A program made the translations under genes and the position numbers. A stretch of 57,436 bases of DNA, filler included, from Bipalium vagum (lineage: Eukaryota), in assembly GCA_037834085.1 (NCBI GenBank). It is 3 parts of 3 records of this genome, joined end to end, with 100 filler letters (N's around TTAATTAATTAA, not from the genome) between each part and the next. Parts side by side here need not be neighbours in the genome. Positions count along the whole stretch, not along the records: positions 22,448 to 39,773 come from JBBMKC010071155.1; 2 more parts are not named here. The stretch is one strand, 5' to 3'. The notes beneath the pieces are model-generated. The model was given only the letters and a program-made list of their open reading frames with translations, did no database searches and was not told where the DNA came from. Below, one piece after another: positions 26,141-39,873 of this stretch. Every line of letters starts with the position of its first letter. Positions within the stretch are counted from its first letter, which is position 1.

Positions 26141-29100
26141 TTATTTCATCTGTAAGACTTCTATATCCCGTCCAATTGGATGCTCTACTGAAAATTTTAG
26201 CACCATATCTTTCTTATCTCCTAAATAAAAATGTGTTTATCAATAAAATTAATTAAAAATTTAAAATAAATAAAAAATATAATAGGCACAAAATATTTGA
26301 TCTGTTTAAAAAATAATTTTTGTTATTTTATTTTTTTAGTATTGTTATCTGCAGTCTTGTTATCTGTATTGTTTGAATTCATAAATCAAAATTGAATACA
26401 ATAATTATTTCACAAGAATCGTTGAATAGTTAAGAGTTGCAACTCCTTGGTTAATATATAAAAAATTAATAATGTTAATATATTTTAATTAAATAAATAT
26501 AATAAGATAAAATAGAATTAAATTCATAATAACTTGATCCAATATCATAGTCCCATTCAATAAATCGATTAGAATTCATCCGAATGGACTTGGACCTATC
26601 ATACTTTTCTGGATGTTTGATTGTTGGTTCCAGTAGAGTTACCTAAACATTTTATTTAAATTGTAATTCATTTTCGAAAGTTCACTTTAATTTTGTCGTC
26701 ATTACTAATGGGAATCTGGTCCATAACGGTAATTTTTATTGGACGCTCATGATTATTTATAACTTGAATTTCTTGTTTAAATGTTACACAAATAGTCTTT
26801 CCACGATTTTCTTTATATTTCAGCATTGGCAAATAACTTATCTTTATTCCACGATCAGAACCCAGATTGCATACAAATTCTTCACAAGGACAGGTTGTTT
26901 TCAAATCAGTCTGTAAAATATAAGTTAAAAATCACTGATACTCATAACATATTTTACTGCTCTCTAACTAAAAAACATGCAAAGAAAAAAATTATTATAA
27001 AAATGTTTAGACGTACATTTTTCTAACGAAAAATAAAATTTTGCAATAAATTTTCTGTCAAAATGAATGTATTGGGTTGTATCAATAGCTTCCGTGATTT
27101 TGATAGTTTCATTTTCTTATCAAAATACATATCTTCAATAAAAATTCTTAAAATCATGATATCTTTGATATATTATAATACTATCAAACTATATTTATTA
27201 GTTTTAAAATTTGTAAGTTTTGTTTAAATAAATATATCAATGCATTTATTTGAATTTATAATTATTGTGAAATAAATACCGAAAACTTGTAATTCGAGGT
27301 TTGGAAAAGGGGTTTACTACTGCGACAACCATTAGGACAATTTATAATATTGAAGGAGGTGCCATTGCTTATAATTTTAGTTGTACCACTAAACCAAAAA
27401 CATAAATTTTAAAAATGAGATTCTGGATATGATTTTAAGAGGAAAATTCAAAGATGATTAAAATGGGAAGATATGATAAATCCTTGCCAGCATATATTAA
27501 AAACTAAAATGAAATATTAATGAAAGAGCTTTAATATATTTTTAAAAATATATATGGAAAGAGTTAAATGAATAACTTGTTCTTGAACACCTCTTTTCAA
27601 TTAAGGCATTTAGAACAAGGACTTATGAATAAAAAATTATAATTCAACATTTATAATACCTTTCCTATAAAATTTGAGTCAATATAAATATTGGCCGGAC
27701 CCGCAAGAAAAGTATATTTCGATGTATTTATCGACGTGGTTCGCAGATATGCGAACTGCGAAAGCCTTGGAACTGTGACATGTTGATAATGTGAATCGAG
27801 GTTGATAACTGCTATCATCACTCGACTTTCAACATCGTCACATGTTATCAACATTGGAGGTCTTGTGATGTCGTAAGTCACACTGGTCAAGCTAGATGGT
27901 TTATTGTTAAGATTTTCAGAACTTGTCTTGACTTCTGTATCTTTTTTGATTTCTCTATTTACAACCTAATTTAATTAGAAATCTAATTAATTATATTCAC
28001 TAATTGTCTTACAGTATTAGGAAGAGGGCAAGTGTCTGTATAGTTGGATTCTAGACCAAGCATTGATGGAGTTTTTGATTTTCGAAAAGAAGAAAACCGA
28101 GAAGAAGCTTTCCTAAGATTCGGTGTTGATGCCATAGGTAAAAGGCCAGGTGAATTGGGAATATCCGGGATAAAACTAAATATAATTTATAAAATATATT
28201 TGATAAAAATTTCTTTGATAAACTTTTCGTTTTAAGCTGCACTCGACTTTAGAAATATAAAAATTCTGAATTCCTTTATATATTTTTATTTTTTAAATAT
28301 ATTAAGAAAAATGGTATAAAGCATCTCTCTCAATCCCCAATGTATTTTTCTTAGAGATTTGGATACTCATAAACTGTCTAGCTAAGACCTTCACAAAAAT
28401 GTCCTTTTCATTATGATCAAAATCAAGTCTTGGCCGAAAGGATTGTAATTTGGGAAAGAAAAAAGTTAGACAATTTCTTATAACTTTTTTTGATTTTGGT
28501 TTTTTATTTTAGTCCAAATCCACTCCAGAGACAACTGAAAATATTTTTTTTATAATAATAATTTTATATAATTATTAAGAGCATTTTAATCAAGTAAAGG
28601 GTGAAGCTTAGGAAATATTTCGAAATATATTTTTAAAATTACTTTTAATTATTAACATTGAAAATTTATTTTAATTTAAATAACTTTTTATTTTTTCGTT
28701 TTTATCTTCAAAGTCCTGCGGCTGGTGTTCAAGAAGGATTTATTTAATATATTTTGATGATTATATATATATATATATTCATTACATTGAAAATTTCAAT
28801 CATACATCATATAAAAACATCTTAATCGCAACTTCATTACAATTTTAAAATAATAATATACATAAAAGTCCATAATGATGCTAAAGCAACGATTTTGATG
28901 ACAGGCAGATTAAAAATCTAATGTTTAAAGGTCATATTTCACTGGATTTGTACCTAAGCATAAAAATATAGTTCTTTTTGAAACAGGATTCACGAAATCC
29001 ACCATGAATGTTTATAAGGAAAGTTTAGCTAAGATATTATTAATCAAGAATAACAAGCTGTAATAAAACTATCATTCCTAATATAGCAAAATAATTTAGA

Positions 29101-32100
29101 AATCGACCAGTTTCCTAAACCTAGATTCAAAAAATGAAAAATATTTTTAAGTGTACTCCGGTGGTAAAACGTTGTGAGATACAACAAAAACTTTTTTCAA
29201 TTTTACTTAGTTATAATCATTTACCATTCGACACTATTTACTATTTACACTTTTTTCATTTGATTTCCTTTTTATAGTTGATCTTAAAATTTAGCTTGGT
29301 CAACATGATTGGGAATTGTTGCTTAAAACATATTTCTGATAAAACGTTGATAAATCAATTATTTTAACGATTGACATTTTAAGAAATGTTTTTCAATAAT
29401 TAACAAATATTTTCATGAAAATAATTCTATATCCCTAATAATAAATTGAGAAATTATAAATATAAAAAAATAATTATAATATTAAATATAAATTTTTTGA
29501 TATCACCTGGTGAAAAGGTTCATTTGTCACCGTTCTTTAATTATATGGACCCAGAAATTCTTCTGTTGAAGGTAAGAAGTTTTTTTATAAATATCAATTA
29601 TTCATTCAGGTATAAATTTTTATATTATTTTCATAGAAATACATTATTGGCATATTTAGAAAGGCGATGGAATTGAATTCTTTAATTGAATTCTTTATTC
29701 TGGGTTTTAAAATTACTAATTTATTATATTAAATTATTCAAATATCAAGATAAAAATTTACAAAGTCAGATTAATTTAGAAAAAAATTTTTTGCATTACA
29801 TTAGTGAATTTTTATTGCCACTTTTGTTTAAATTCTACATTATTAACTTAAATCTTTTTCATAAAGTTTGATAAATAAAATCATTTTTAGTTTGATTGAT
29901 TAACTATAAGCGAATTCTCAGTATAGATGTACCGGCTGTGTTTATATATTGATTGTCAATTATCTATTTATTTAAATAATTTTCATTAATTATATTATAA
30001 AATGGCTCTATGTAACAATCCTATAAAATAACATTTTTAAAAAATATTCTTCATATTTTACCTTTTTAAATTCTTAGGTGAATGAAATAAAGAATTTTTG
30101 ACAAAAAATATTTATTAAAAATTAATAAAAAATTCTTTGTTTACATTATTGGAAATGTTTATTATGCTAAATAAATAATACAGATAATATGAATACATGG
30201 TATATTACTATGTTTATTGTGTTGAATATTATGTTAATTCTTATTACAAAAATCATTAAAAAATATATTAGTTCTTCTATATATAATGATTTTTAATTCA
30301 ATGCCAAATGTATCATCAATTAAGTTCACACTAATTAATTATTGTCATTTTATTGACCAGATAAAATCATTAAAACTGGCTTAATATTAATTTATTATTT
30401 TAATCATATAAAATAAAAATATTCAAAATAATCTTCAGAGAATTATATTGAAAGAAAATTATTATTAAGAAATGCATATTGTATAGAAAATTTTAATTAT
30501 CATTGAAGTTTTCATTAGTATGAAAATCTTAAAGTTTATTGTTTAAATCGATATATTAAAAAAAATTATTTACATAATTTTGTGTTATAAACAAATAAAA
30601 CATTTCTTGTTCTTATAAGAGTATAAGAAATTTTTTATAAAATAATATTGAATTTTTTTAATCTTAGTGACATGAAAAATAATAAATATAAAATTTTTTT
30701 TTGAAATTTGTATGAAAAATTTATTTTCATGTTTAAGATATATTTTCATAAATAAATTGAATATGTATGAAAACCGAAAAACATAATGCACTCTTAATTG
30801 TTTAGTACTATTATATTATTATAGCACATTTCCAAATAAATGATTGATTTAATCAGTTCCAATCAATTCAGCGATACTTATTGTAATTTCATATCGGAAA
30901 GAGAGATGTATAAAGTCAAAGCTTTTCTTATTTACTTAAAAGCTTGCAGATTTATTAAATCAATCTAATCGAAAATCTATAAATATATATTTATATTATA
31001 TTATAAATTGATTGGAAAAGAATAATTTATTGTAAGAAATATTGTCATTATTATTATAAAAAATAATATCAGAAATTTCAATATAGAGTACAAGTCAAAG
31101 TTTTTTTGTTATTACATTAAATTAAAATTTTACTATTTCAGAATATTCAATGGATATATTACTTACAGCTTATGTCAACTTAAGTACCATAAAGTAACCA
31201 AGCAGTCATTTCATTTTAATAAGACATTGATTAGCAAATTTCAGCTTACTTTATGATAAAAGTATTAAGGGAAAATAATTAAATAATAATTTTAAAAAAT
31301 TTTAATATAAATTAATTTAATAAATGAAAGGGTTGAACTTCGATATCACTTCAGGTCTTTTATCAAGATTAATTTAATATTTATGAATTTAATATTTCAT
31401 AACTATATAGCTACAAAAGTAAAGCTGAAAAAAAATATTACTTTGAGATTTAATTAGTCATTTAAAATAAAAAAACATGCTGCGGGTATTTCAAATGAGA
31501 TCCAAAGAAATTTTAAAATTCAATTATTTTGATATCTTTTTTAAAATTTTTGATTCAGCTCTCAAAATTTATACATAATTCTTATCCAGAAAAAAATGAA
31601 TAATGAAATATTTAAAGTATATTATTATATCAATTTTAATTAATATTTAGATTCAGTAAATTTATTAAAATTTTAATTGGTTTAATAATACAACAAATAT
31701 CTTCACATTAAAAAATGATTGTCTTGAAAAAAACATTTAATTTTAATATAGGAAGATTGGTAATTTCAGAACGAAAGCTTAAGTTTTGTTGTAAATATTA
31801 GGTTATACAAAGTATTAAGTGGAAAAATTTTAATAAAATTTGAAAATCATCTTCTTAAAATATAAGACTTCAGAAAATTGCTCATATGACGAGAATGTAC
31901 CAAAAAATATTTAATGTAAGCTTTTAATCATTACGATGATTTTTTATGTTTAACTTTTCAATATTGTTTGTAGTGGGTTTTAAACGGTACCAATTAAGCA
32001 TAATACCGAGATAATGTAAAATTAATATAAAATAAGAATAAGATCAGAAATTCATCTTTACTCATTATTAGCAGATTTAAATTGAATTTTCTGGATTCCA

Positions 32101-35100
32101 ATTTCTGGCACTGTCCCACCTATTCCTGGCTCAGCTGTTGAAAGCGTAAACTTAGATGGTTGATACCAATCTTCGCCGCTAAATTGTTTGACCATGCCAT
32201 AGTAATTTATCTGAATTAATTACCTGAAGTTATTAATAAATATTTTTTAATTATTAAACCTGTTTGAGGCCACTATTATTAGACACTCTAACATCATAAA
32301 CTGGTCTCCAACTGCAATTTCTAACAACATAAGAAATATTTATTTCAAATTCACCGTTAATTCTGCCTTCCATTGAAACATATAACTCTCTAAAATTTTA
32401 GAATATAATATAATATAATTACATGGTTTTTATGCAAGATATTTTAATATCAACAAATAAGTACTTCATATCTTTTTTCATTTAATGTATTAAGTAAAAG
32501 ATTATCTATAGAGAATAAAAATGGATAATGGAAAACGTAAGTATTATCTTTTTTTAAATAAAAAAAGATTAAGTGAAGCTCTTGACGGTCTGAATATAAA
32601 ACCTTGAACTCAAAGGTGGTTCATATAACTTGATATCTATCGTAAGGAGTAGAATAAATCTATCAAATATTAATATATTTAAAAATAAATCTGGGAGAAT
32701 TCCATAAAGAACAATCTCCAGAAAATATATATTTAAAGACATCATTTGATATCATTATAAGTATTTTAACATGTCACAGAATACTAAACTTTTGAAAATT
32801 TCTAACTATCATTAATATCAGAAAGAGCAGTATTTGCGCGTCTAATATTTGAAATTAACCCAGAGTTTTAGAGTAAAGTATCTTGATCCCTATGGAAATT
32901 TTGAAAACTAGAGAATGTGTATAAAATCAAATTATATATAAGACCAAGAATATTAAATATAAAAAGCCAATGGTCTCATTATCAGGGATTTGTGAGACTG
33001 GTATATTAATTTACAACAATTTCAACTAGTCAAATCTGTACCATCAATCTCAACATGTTTCTTTCATTAATTTATTACCGAAGGTTTAATTAAGTAATAA
33101 AACTATTCTTAAAAGTAAAATCGAAGTGAGTATCTCCAAAGAGGATACAAAATTACCAAGTGGTAAACAAAGTGAAACAGTAAACAAACAACAGATGAGA
33201 ATGTCAGAAAACAATCAAAACGAAGAAATACTATTTTTATGATGCGCTATAATGTGATAAAATTAATAAATTATCGTAAATAAATAAAAATTTTCAACTT
33301 GGGTGTCATAATCAATGTAAATCTGTTTTGAGAAAATAGTAAAGAAAGTGCAGAATTTTACACGAAAGTTCTATTAAAATTTGTTTCAGGATGAAAGTGC
33401 AGGTAATGATGGAAATTCTTTCTTTCAATCAGATGAAGGTGACTTGAAAATGTATAGAAAACTAAAAGTGGTCAGCTGAAAATTTTCTAAAGCTCTGGGA
33501 GAATATATTTTATAATCTTATAAGAATAAAAAAATAAAATCATTTTCGTTAATGTAAAAACGAGGTCCTAGTAAAATTGAGTACTTTTATTGAAAAAAAA
33601 TTTTAAATGACATTAAGAATATTTATTTTTTTGATAATATTCAATCAATATTTTATTCAGTTTGAAAAATGTAAACAATGAGACCAATTAAGACGACTTA
33701 ATCTAATCTGTCAACCATATCAAAAGGATTAACCATTGAACAATGTCTACAGAATGATTCAATGCCATTAAAATATACCAAAGCAATAATATTGTTTTAA
33801 TTAATTCTCTTATATTTATTTATTTAACAAACCGGTATAATTGTTCATCTTGGCGAATAAGAATTTCTTTTTCTTCACGCTCCAAATTATTAATGATGTT
33901 TTGTGTCTCTTCAATTTTTTGTTCAATTTCTAAAAGTCCTTCATCGAAATTCTCACCGCTGTCATTGTATAAATGAAAAAAATTCCTTATTGTCTCGAGA
34001 TTTTGCGGATTGTAAACATCTATTGTTGGCGAGACCTGTTGGCGAAAGAAACAAGATATAATTTTTCAATAATCAATTATTATTTCTTCTTTACAGTTTT
34101 TTTAAAAAGATAAATAACTGACACCCAATGTCGAATGTGTTTTACGTTATATCACGGACTTTTTAAGGCATTGGTTTCAAAATTCAAACTGGTACTGATG
34201 AAAAATAACAATTTTGAATTGGAATAAAAATAATATTTTTAAAACAAATTACAAGTGAATAATGTGTTAATTACCAACAAATCTTTAGAATCATTTGAAA
34301 GAATAAACAATTCTACTGCGTTACATTAGAAAATTTTTATGTTAATAAAATTTAAAATATATTCTGAGGTTATATGTATACCAAAATATCAAATTCAATA
34401 AGAAAACATTAGTATTGATACTCAATTCTTTTCTCTTGCCATTGTGAGATGAAATCTTATTTTCAATTAATTAGTGTAGAGAAGTTGAATTTGTGCTTAA
34501 GGTTTCATGAGTACATAAATTTCAGCTATAAAATAACAAAAGCTACAAAATATAAATTGTATGAAAAGTAAAAGTAAACAAAATTGTGACAATTTAACAA
34601 TTTTCACTACGTTTAATCTGATGAGTAAAGATGTTCATTTTACTGATTTTATGTTACTATAAGTGGACTAAAATCTGAGAATAATTGAGTCAGACATTTT
34701 CCTTTATATATATAATATAATATTCAGAACTGAAACTCCTCCACAGGTTGGATAATAGTTCACTTTAGCTCTATTTTGAATCTAATTCGTCGCTGAAGTT
34801 TGAAAAAACAATTTTCATGAGGTAAAAGATTTCACAAATAATAGATAATTTCCAAAAATCTTAATCTCAGTAGTCCAGGTAAAAAAAACGATTTCCGTAA
34901 ACATTAAAAATTTTCTGGACTGATTCTGCAACTTTCTGACTTCGATTAAAATAAATAACCAAAGCAGAAATAATTTATTTTGATCAACGTAGCACTGTAT
35001 TTCAAAGTTGTCAAATTTAAATAAGTTGAAATAATATATAAAACTGTACAATAGTTTTGTAGAGCATATATATTCCTTTTTTTAAGTAAATCTTTAAAAT

Positions 35101-38100
35101 GGTACTATATTTTAAAAATATTTAATAAAAATATGCATCATTTCAGCTCAGAACCATACAAATTAGATCGGTTTTAATATTATGAATCGCAAAAAAATTC
35201 CTTTTTTAATAAAAATATTTTTCCCCTTTTTATATCAAATATTTGTATATTGAATAATATTTTTAAGATAAATAAAATCTATAAAATTCGTAAAGGTTTG
35301 TTTAAAATTGTGTAGATTTAAAAAGGCATAACATCTGAAAACGTGAATTATTTTATTTCGACAATGGCACGCAATGGTCATTCTGCCACAGATGCCTATC
35401 GATATTTGGTTAGTGTAGGGGAGAAAAGTAAGACAAATTGCTGCGGAATAAAAGGCAGAATAAACTAAAACAGAAATATGTTTCAGGAAGACTAGGATCA
35501 GTTTTCAATGATCAGATCATTACTTTGATGATAAATTTTATTGATCAAGAAAATTCTGTATCTTTTTCAAATTTGGTCAACTAACAAATATCGATAGAAG
35601 GTCAATTCAAAGAATTCTCCATGAGCATTTGGATTTCAAGTCAAACAGAGGTAAATCGGTACCTCATATATTAAAAAATGAACCCAAAGAATAGCGTCAT
35701 CCTTCCTAATAATATTGTTGAAGTGCTGTAAAAGTCGAATTTGAGCAAGAATTTTTATACATCTGACAAAAATTGAGTTTACTTGAATCTTTCTCCTCAT
35801 GTCAATTATAAGATGAAGTGGGTATGGCTTGATGAATCGGGTGATTATGGTGTGAAGCTTTCATTGCGCAATTTACTTTAAGATGGTCAATGTACGTACG
35901 TTATTAGATGACCTTCTCTGAAATCATCACCCAAAGAGACATCCTCGAACTTAAATTCATGAAACCATCAATACACTGTAGTTTTCGATTGAGCATCATC
36001 AGGAAATACCAAGTTTAGACGATCAAGACATTGCTGCTGTGTCAATTCGCATTGGAAATCATATAAAAGCATTGCTCGAAAGTTTTCCATTAATAAATTC
36101 ATATTTTCCGTTTACATATATTATATGTAAATGTAAATATTTGAGCAAATGTGATTTTTATTATTAGATAAAAGTAATATAGTTTTAAATTAACGTATTT
36201 TTTAATTAAAGTTTTTATTTTTACTAAACGTTTCCATATTTTTCATTCCCGAAACTTTTCGACTGCTACTCGTATAAAAGTTGAAAGATACAAAAAAAAA
36301 CTTCAAAAATGAGTTATGCAATTTGATTCTAGGTGACAGACAAAATATGTGATAGATACCGTAAAACAAAAGCACGAAAAAAAATGTTAAAACCCAGTAA
36401 ATAGTCGTGAAGTGGGGAAAATATGGGATAGATAATGTGTTAAATAATGAGTTTTATTTTCTGCAAAGCTGAAATTTAACGTTTAATATTTACTTAAGTG
36501 CTTCAATATTTTATGTAATATTAAATAATAATTTAAACATTAAACTGAACTTAATTTAAACATTAAACTTGTTATTTGGTACTTATTTTTGTGCTGATAT
36601 TGTTAATCTTTATTTCAATAATGAATGATGAAAAGTAACGAAATCTGTTTAATTTACATTTGTGAGTATAAAAATATCCAAAAGTATCATAGACAGCTTG
36701 AAATATGAATGAGGAATTCTTTAGAAAACATCTGACTTAAATAAATTCAATAATGATCCATACCATATAGAATAAAAAAAGAGAGCCTTGAAGATGAGGC
36801 ACATGGTAACCGACTTCATGCTACACAAATTGTTCAAAACCAAGGTGATGCTGAAATTATGGAAAAGTGAAAGTTTTATTAGTGATAACTAGTTTATTTT
36901 TCTTCTAGCCTTTTTTATTTTCAATTGTCTTTTTTATCACATTAACTCAATCAATATTTCTTCATTAAATTTCATAAGTCCGGTTTATGATTTTGGATTT
37001 TTTATACTACATATTCTTACAATTCAGCATCATTATTTCAGATTTTTCCTTTATTATCATTAATTCATTTTAAAATCTATAATTTAGTTCCCAAATCTAT
37101 TTTCAACATTCCCGAGTATTTTTTATGGTTTCCATACTCATCAACCTCATTAGTTCTTTTAATTAAAAAAATCAGGTTTACCATTCAATATTCTATTATA
37201 TGTATGTAGTGTTCAGGTAGTTTGTGGACAAGTTCACATTGTTTATATTGATTATATATTCATATTTGTTTATTTATGAATATTGATTTTATTATCCACA
37301 TTTGATGAATTGTTGATAATTCTATTTCAGATTTTTTTGTTTAAAATCTGAACACGTTTCTTGAATTCCTGTAAAAATTTTTAGAAATAATCTCATAGAC
37401 CAAGGTGAATACACTATTTTTAATTAAAAGGTTATATTAATCCTGATGCAGTCGAATAATAACACGTATGAGAATTGTTAATTGGGAAAACATTTGAATT
37501 CAGTGACACTTTAGTAATCTGACATCCTCAATTGTCTCACACATATCCAGTTGATCAATCTTGTTTTAGAGATTTTAATTTGAGATAAAATTACTTCATT
37601 AATCCTTTTAAAAAACTATTTTTTCAAAATCAATTTATAATGTATAATTATGGCTAAAAAGCAAAGATCAAGACTTTCATCAATTATTAGGTGTGTGCGT
37701 TGAAAGTCAGTCTTTCTTAACAGGACAAAACCTTTACGAAAACAAAAAACATATTAATCGTTAGCAATACCCTTTGTCCGTCTTTCAGGAAACTAATGAA
37801 TTCTGCAGCAAAAAATGTTCATCTTTGGTGGCTGACCTAGGAGTGACCCATTTTTCAAATTGTTCAAAGGATTGAAAGACCTGTTGGACAAGTGAGTGTT
37901 CCATCGACCCTAAACAGATGATAGCTTGTAGGGACACAGTCAGGTGAGTAACCACGAGAGGTAGAACTTTTTATCAAAGGATTATTAACATTTCATGAAA
38001 TAGTTTTGTGAGATGTAGCAGAGAAATACTATGCAGAAAAAATTTTTTTTTGTTTTTTGTCAAAATCTGGTCGTTTTGGGGCAATTTTTGGCTCATAAGC

Positions 38101-39323
38101 ATTAATTGTTCTCTGTACTGGTCCACTGTAACCATTTGATCAGGTTGTCTTACCTCATGATGAATCACTCTCTTACGGTCCCACAAAATGTAAAATGTAG
38201 CCTTCTTTCCGAGGAAATTCTCCAAATTTAGGGTTATCAAAATAATATCATTTTTCAACTTTCTTTACAATTTGGTGCAGAAAACCTTTTTATCTTTTTC
38301 GAGTCAGAAAATTTCACCAGTGGTTTTAGGTCTTCCGAGATATTTCGGCTTGGGTTAGTACCACATTCACTTTATTTAGATCTTCACCATGATTTGTAAA
38401 GGTCGAATAATTAATGATCAGCAAAAATCTTTTTTGCAATCGATTTTGCAAGTTCATGTTGAGTTTGACATGGACTCTAAAACATTAATGCTTTCAGATC
38501 TTCATCTTCAATCCGCTTCTTTTGTCTGGGACCCTCCTTATTTTCCACACTAAAATCTCCATTTCTGAAATTTTCAAATATATTTTGTAATCATCAAGTA
38601 GCAAGCCTCCAAAATTCTCAAAAAGTATTTTGTGTGGTATCGGTTGATTATTTGCTACATATAAGCTTTTACTGAATAATTTTGAACAATATTTTAACTA
38701 CATAAAATCAATTAATTCTTTTAAAAAGTAAATTAATTTTTATTAATATAGTTATTTTTAAGACTCACTTTCAACACTCACCTAATAAATAAAGCTTTTT
38801 CAACAGTAATCTTAATTTTCAACCTTAATCGAGCCATTAAATTAAAATAACATATAAGAGTGGAAAATACTCAATGTCGTCTTTTAAATAGTTTTAAATA
38901 TTGCTTCATTGCATAGAATGGACGTGTAATATTTTTCGTACACAATATACAATCCCTTAGTCAAATTAAAGATATAGGATGTATAAATATTGAAAAATAA
39001 AGATTTGAAATTCATAAAAAGTAATAAAAAAATTTACCTTTTCTTTAGAAATTTCTATGGCTTGATTTGAATTTGGAAAGGTATCATTATTTATAATGCC
39101 ATTTTCATTGGACTCAATTAAGTTATTTGCAAATGTATTTAGGATATTCTTCTGCTTCAAAAGTCTCGTTTTTTTAGCTTCATAAGATTCCAAATGTAAT
39201 TTTTCTTTTTTAGTTAAATCTTTTATTAATTTTAACCTGGTATTTTGTTCAGAGTTAGCATTAATTGGCTTGGCAATGAATGATACATCTAATATAGATA
39301 CTGCACTGTTCGGAACCTCCACC
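26141..39323 (-). CDS. DUF4140/DUF4139 protein (C. elegans F37C4.5-like / MuiA-family), 5'-incomplete, >=549 aa
   Basis: Exons 39323-39038, 34035-33833, 32389-32260, 32210-32062, 28175-28013, 27965-27660, 26910-26686, 26642-26534 and 26220-26141; all are GT-AG and phase-compatible. Motifs ISYVVRNCSWRPVYDVR, YYGMVKQFSGEDW...LSTAEP, HVTVPRLSQFAYL...FLAGPANIYIDSNFIGK, LGSDRGIKI, VMDQIPISNDDKIKV, IEWD...FSVEHP. The first exon(s) are not visible. Confidence 0.9.
35330..35880 (+). mobile_element. Mariner relic in intron
   Basis: RNGHSATDAYRYL, SIQRILHEHL and KSVPHIL (WVPHxL motif). Confidence 0.65.
35895..36274 (-). mobile_element. Mariner 5' fragment with TIR
   Basis: MENFRAMLLYDFQCELTQQQCLDRLNLVF...KTTVY*WFHEFK; TIR TACGAGTAGCAGTCGAAAAGTTTCGGG at 36274. 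Confidence 0.85.
37687..38785 (-). mobile_element. Mariner element with both TIRs, decayed transposase
   Basis: TA-flanked imperfect TIRs TTAGGTG..GTTGAAAGT(C/G)AGTCTT. Motifs ILWDRKRVIHHEVRQPDQMVTVDQYREQL and YSPDCVPTSYHLFR. Confidence 0.9.
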
Positions 39324-39703
39324 CTAAATATAAATATTTTGTTTTGTTTTGCTTCAATTACCAACAATATAATAAATAATTTAATGAATTATTATTAGTA
39401 TAATTGTAGGTTTTCCATTCCAGAAATTTGTTTTCTTGAAAATCAAATTTTATATTGACATGGGAAAAAGTTATAGGACGATTTTTATTTTACAATTAAA
39501 GTTCTTAACTTCAATAATATCAACCAAATTAAGAAATATTAAATAAACATTAATAATTATTATTATTACATGTAGCATTCGGATAATAAACCTAGTCATA
39601 ATGTCATAATAAAGTCTTGTGTATTATATTTTAAATTTTTTTATTTTAATCTAATTTCTAAAAATATTTTTGAGTATATCTTCACAATTTTAATTTTTTC
39701 ACA

Positions 39704-39704
<1 letters not shown>

Positions 39705-39773
<69 letters not shown>
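39705..39773. repeat. (AAT)n microsatellite abutting gap
   Basis: About 23 perfect AAT units. Confidence 0.95.
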
Positions 39774-39873
39774 NNNNNNNNNNNNNNNNNNNNNNNNNNN
39801 NNNNNNNNNNNNNNNNNTTAATTAATTAANNNNNNNNNNNNNNNNNNNNNNNNNNNNNNNNNNNNNNNNNNNN
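39774..39873. other. Assembly gap with artificial linker
   Basis: 44 N + TTAATTAATTAA + 44 N. Confidence 0.97.

Noticed and set aside
29500-29575. Exon-like segment (cag...gtgata) inside the DUF4139 gene intron
   Set aside because: Stops in all three minus-strand frames; the flanking exons join in frame without it.
32212-32224. Upstream alternative acceptor (ttcag|gtaattaattcag)
   Set aside because: It adds 13 nt and shifts the frame; only the downstream AG preserves YYGMVKQFSGEDW.
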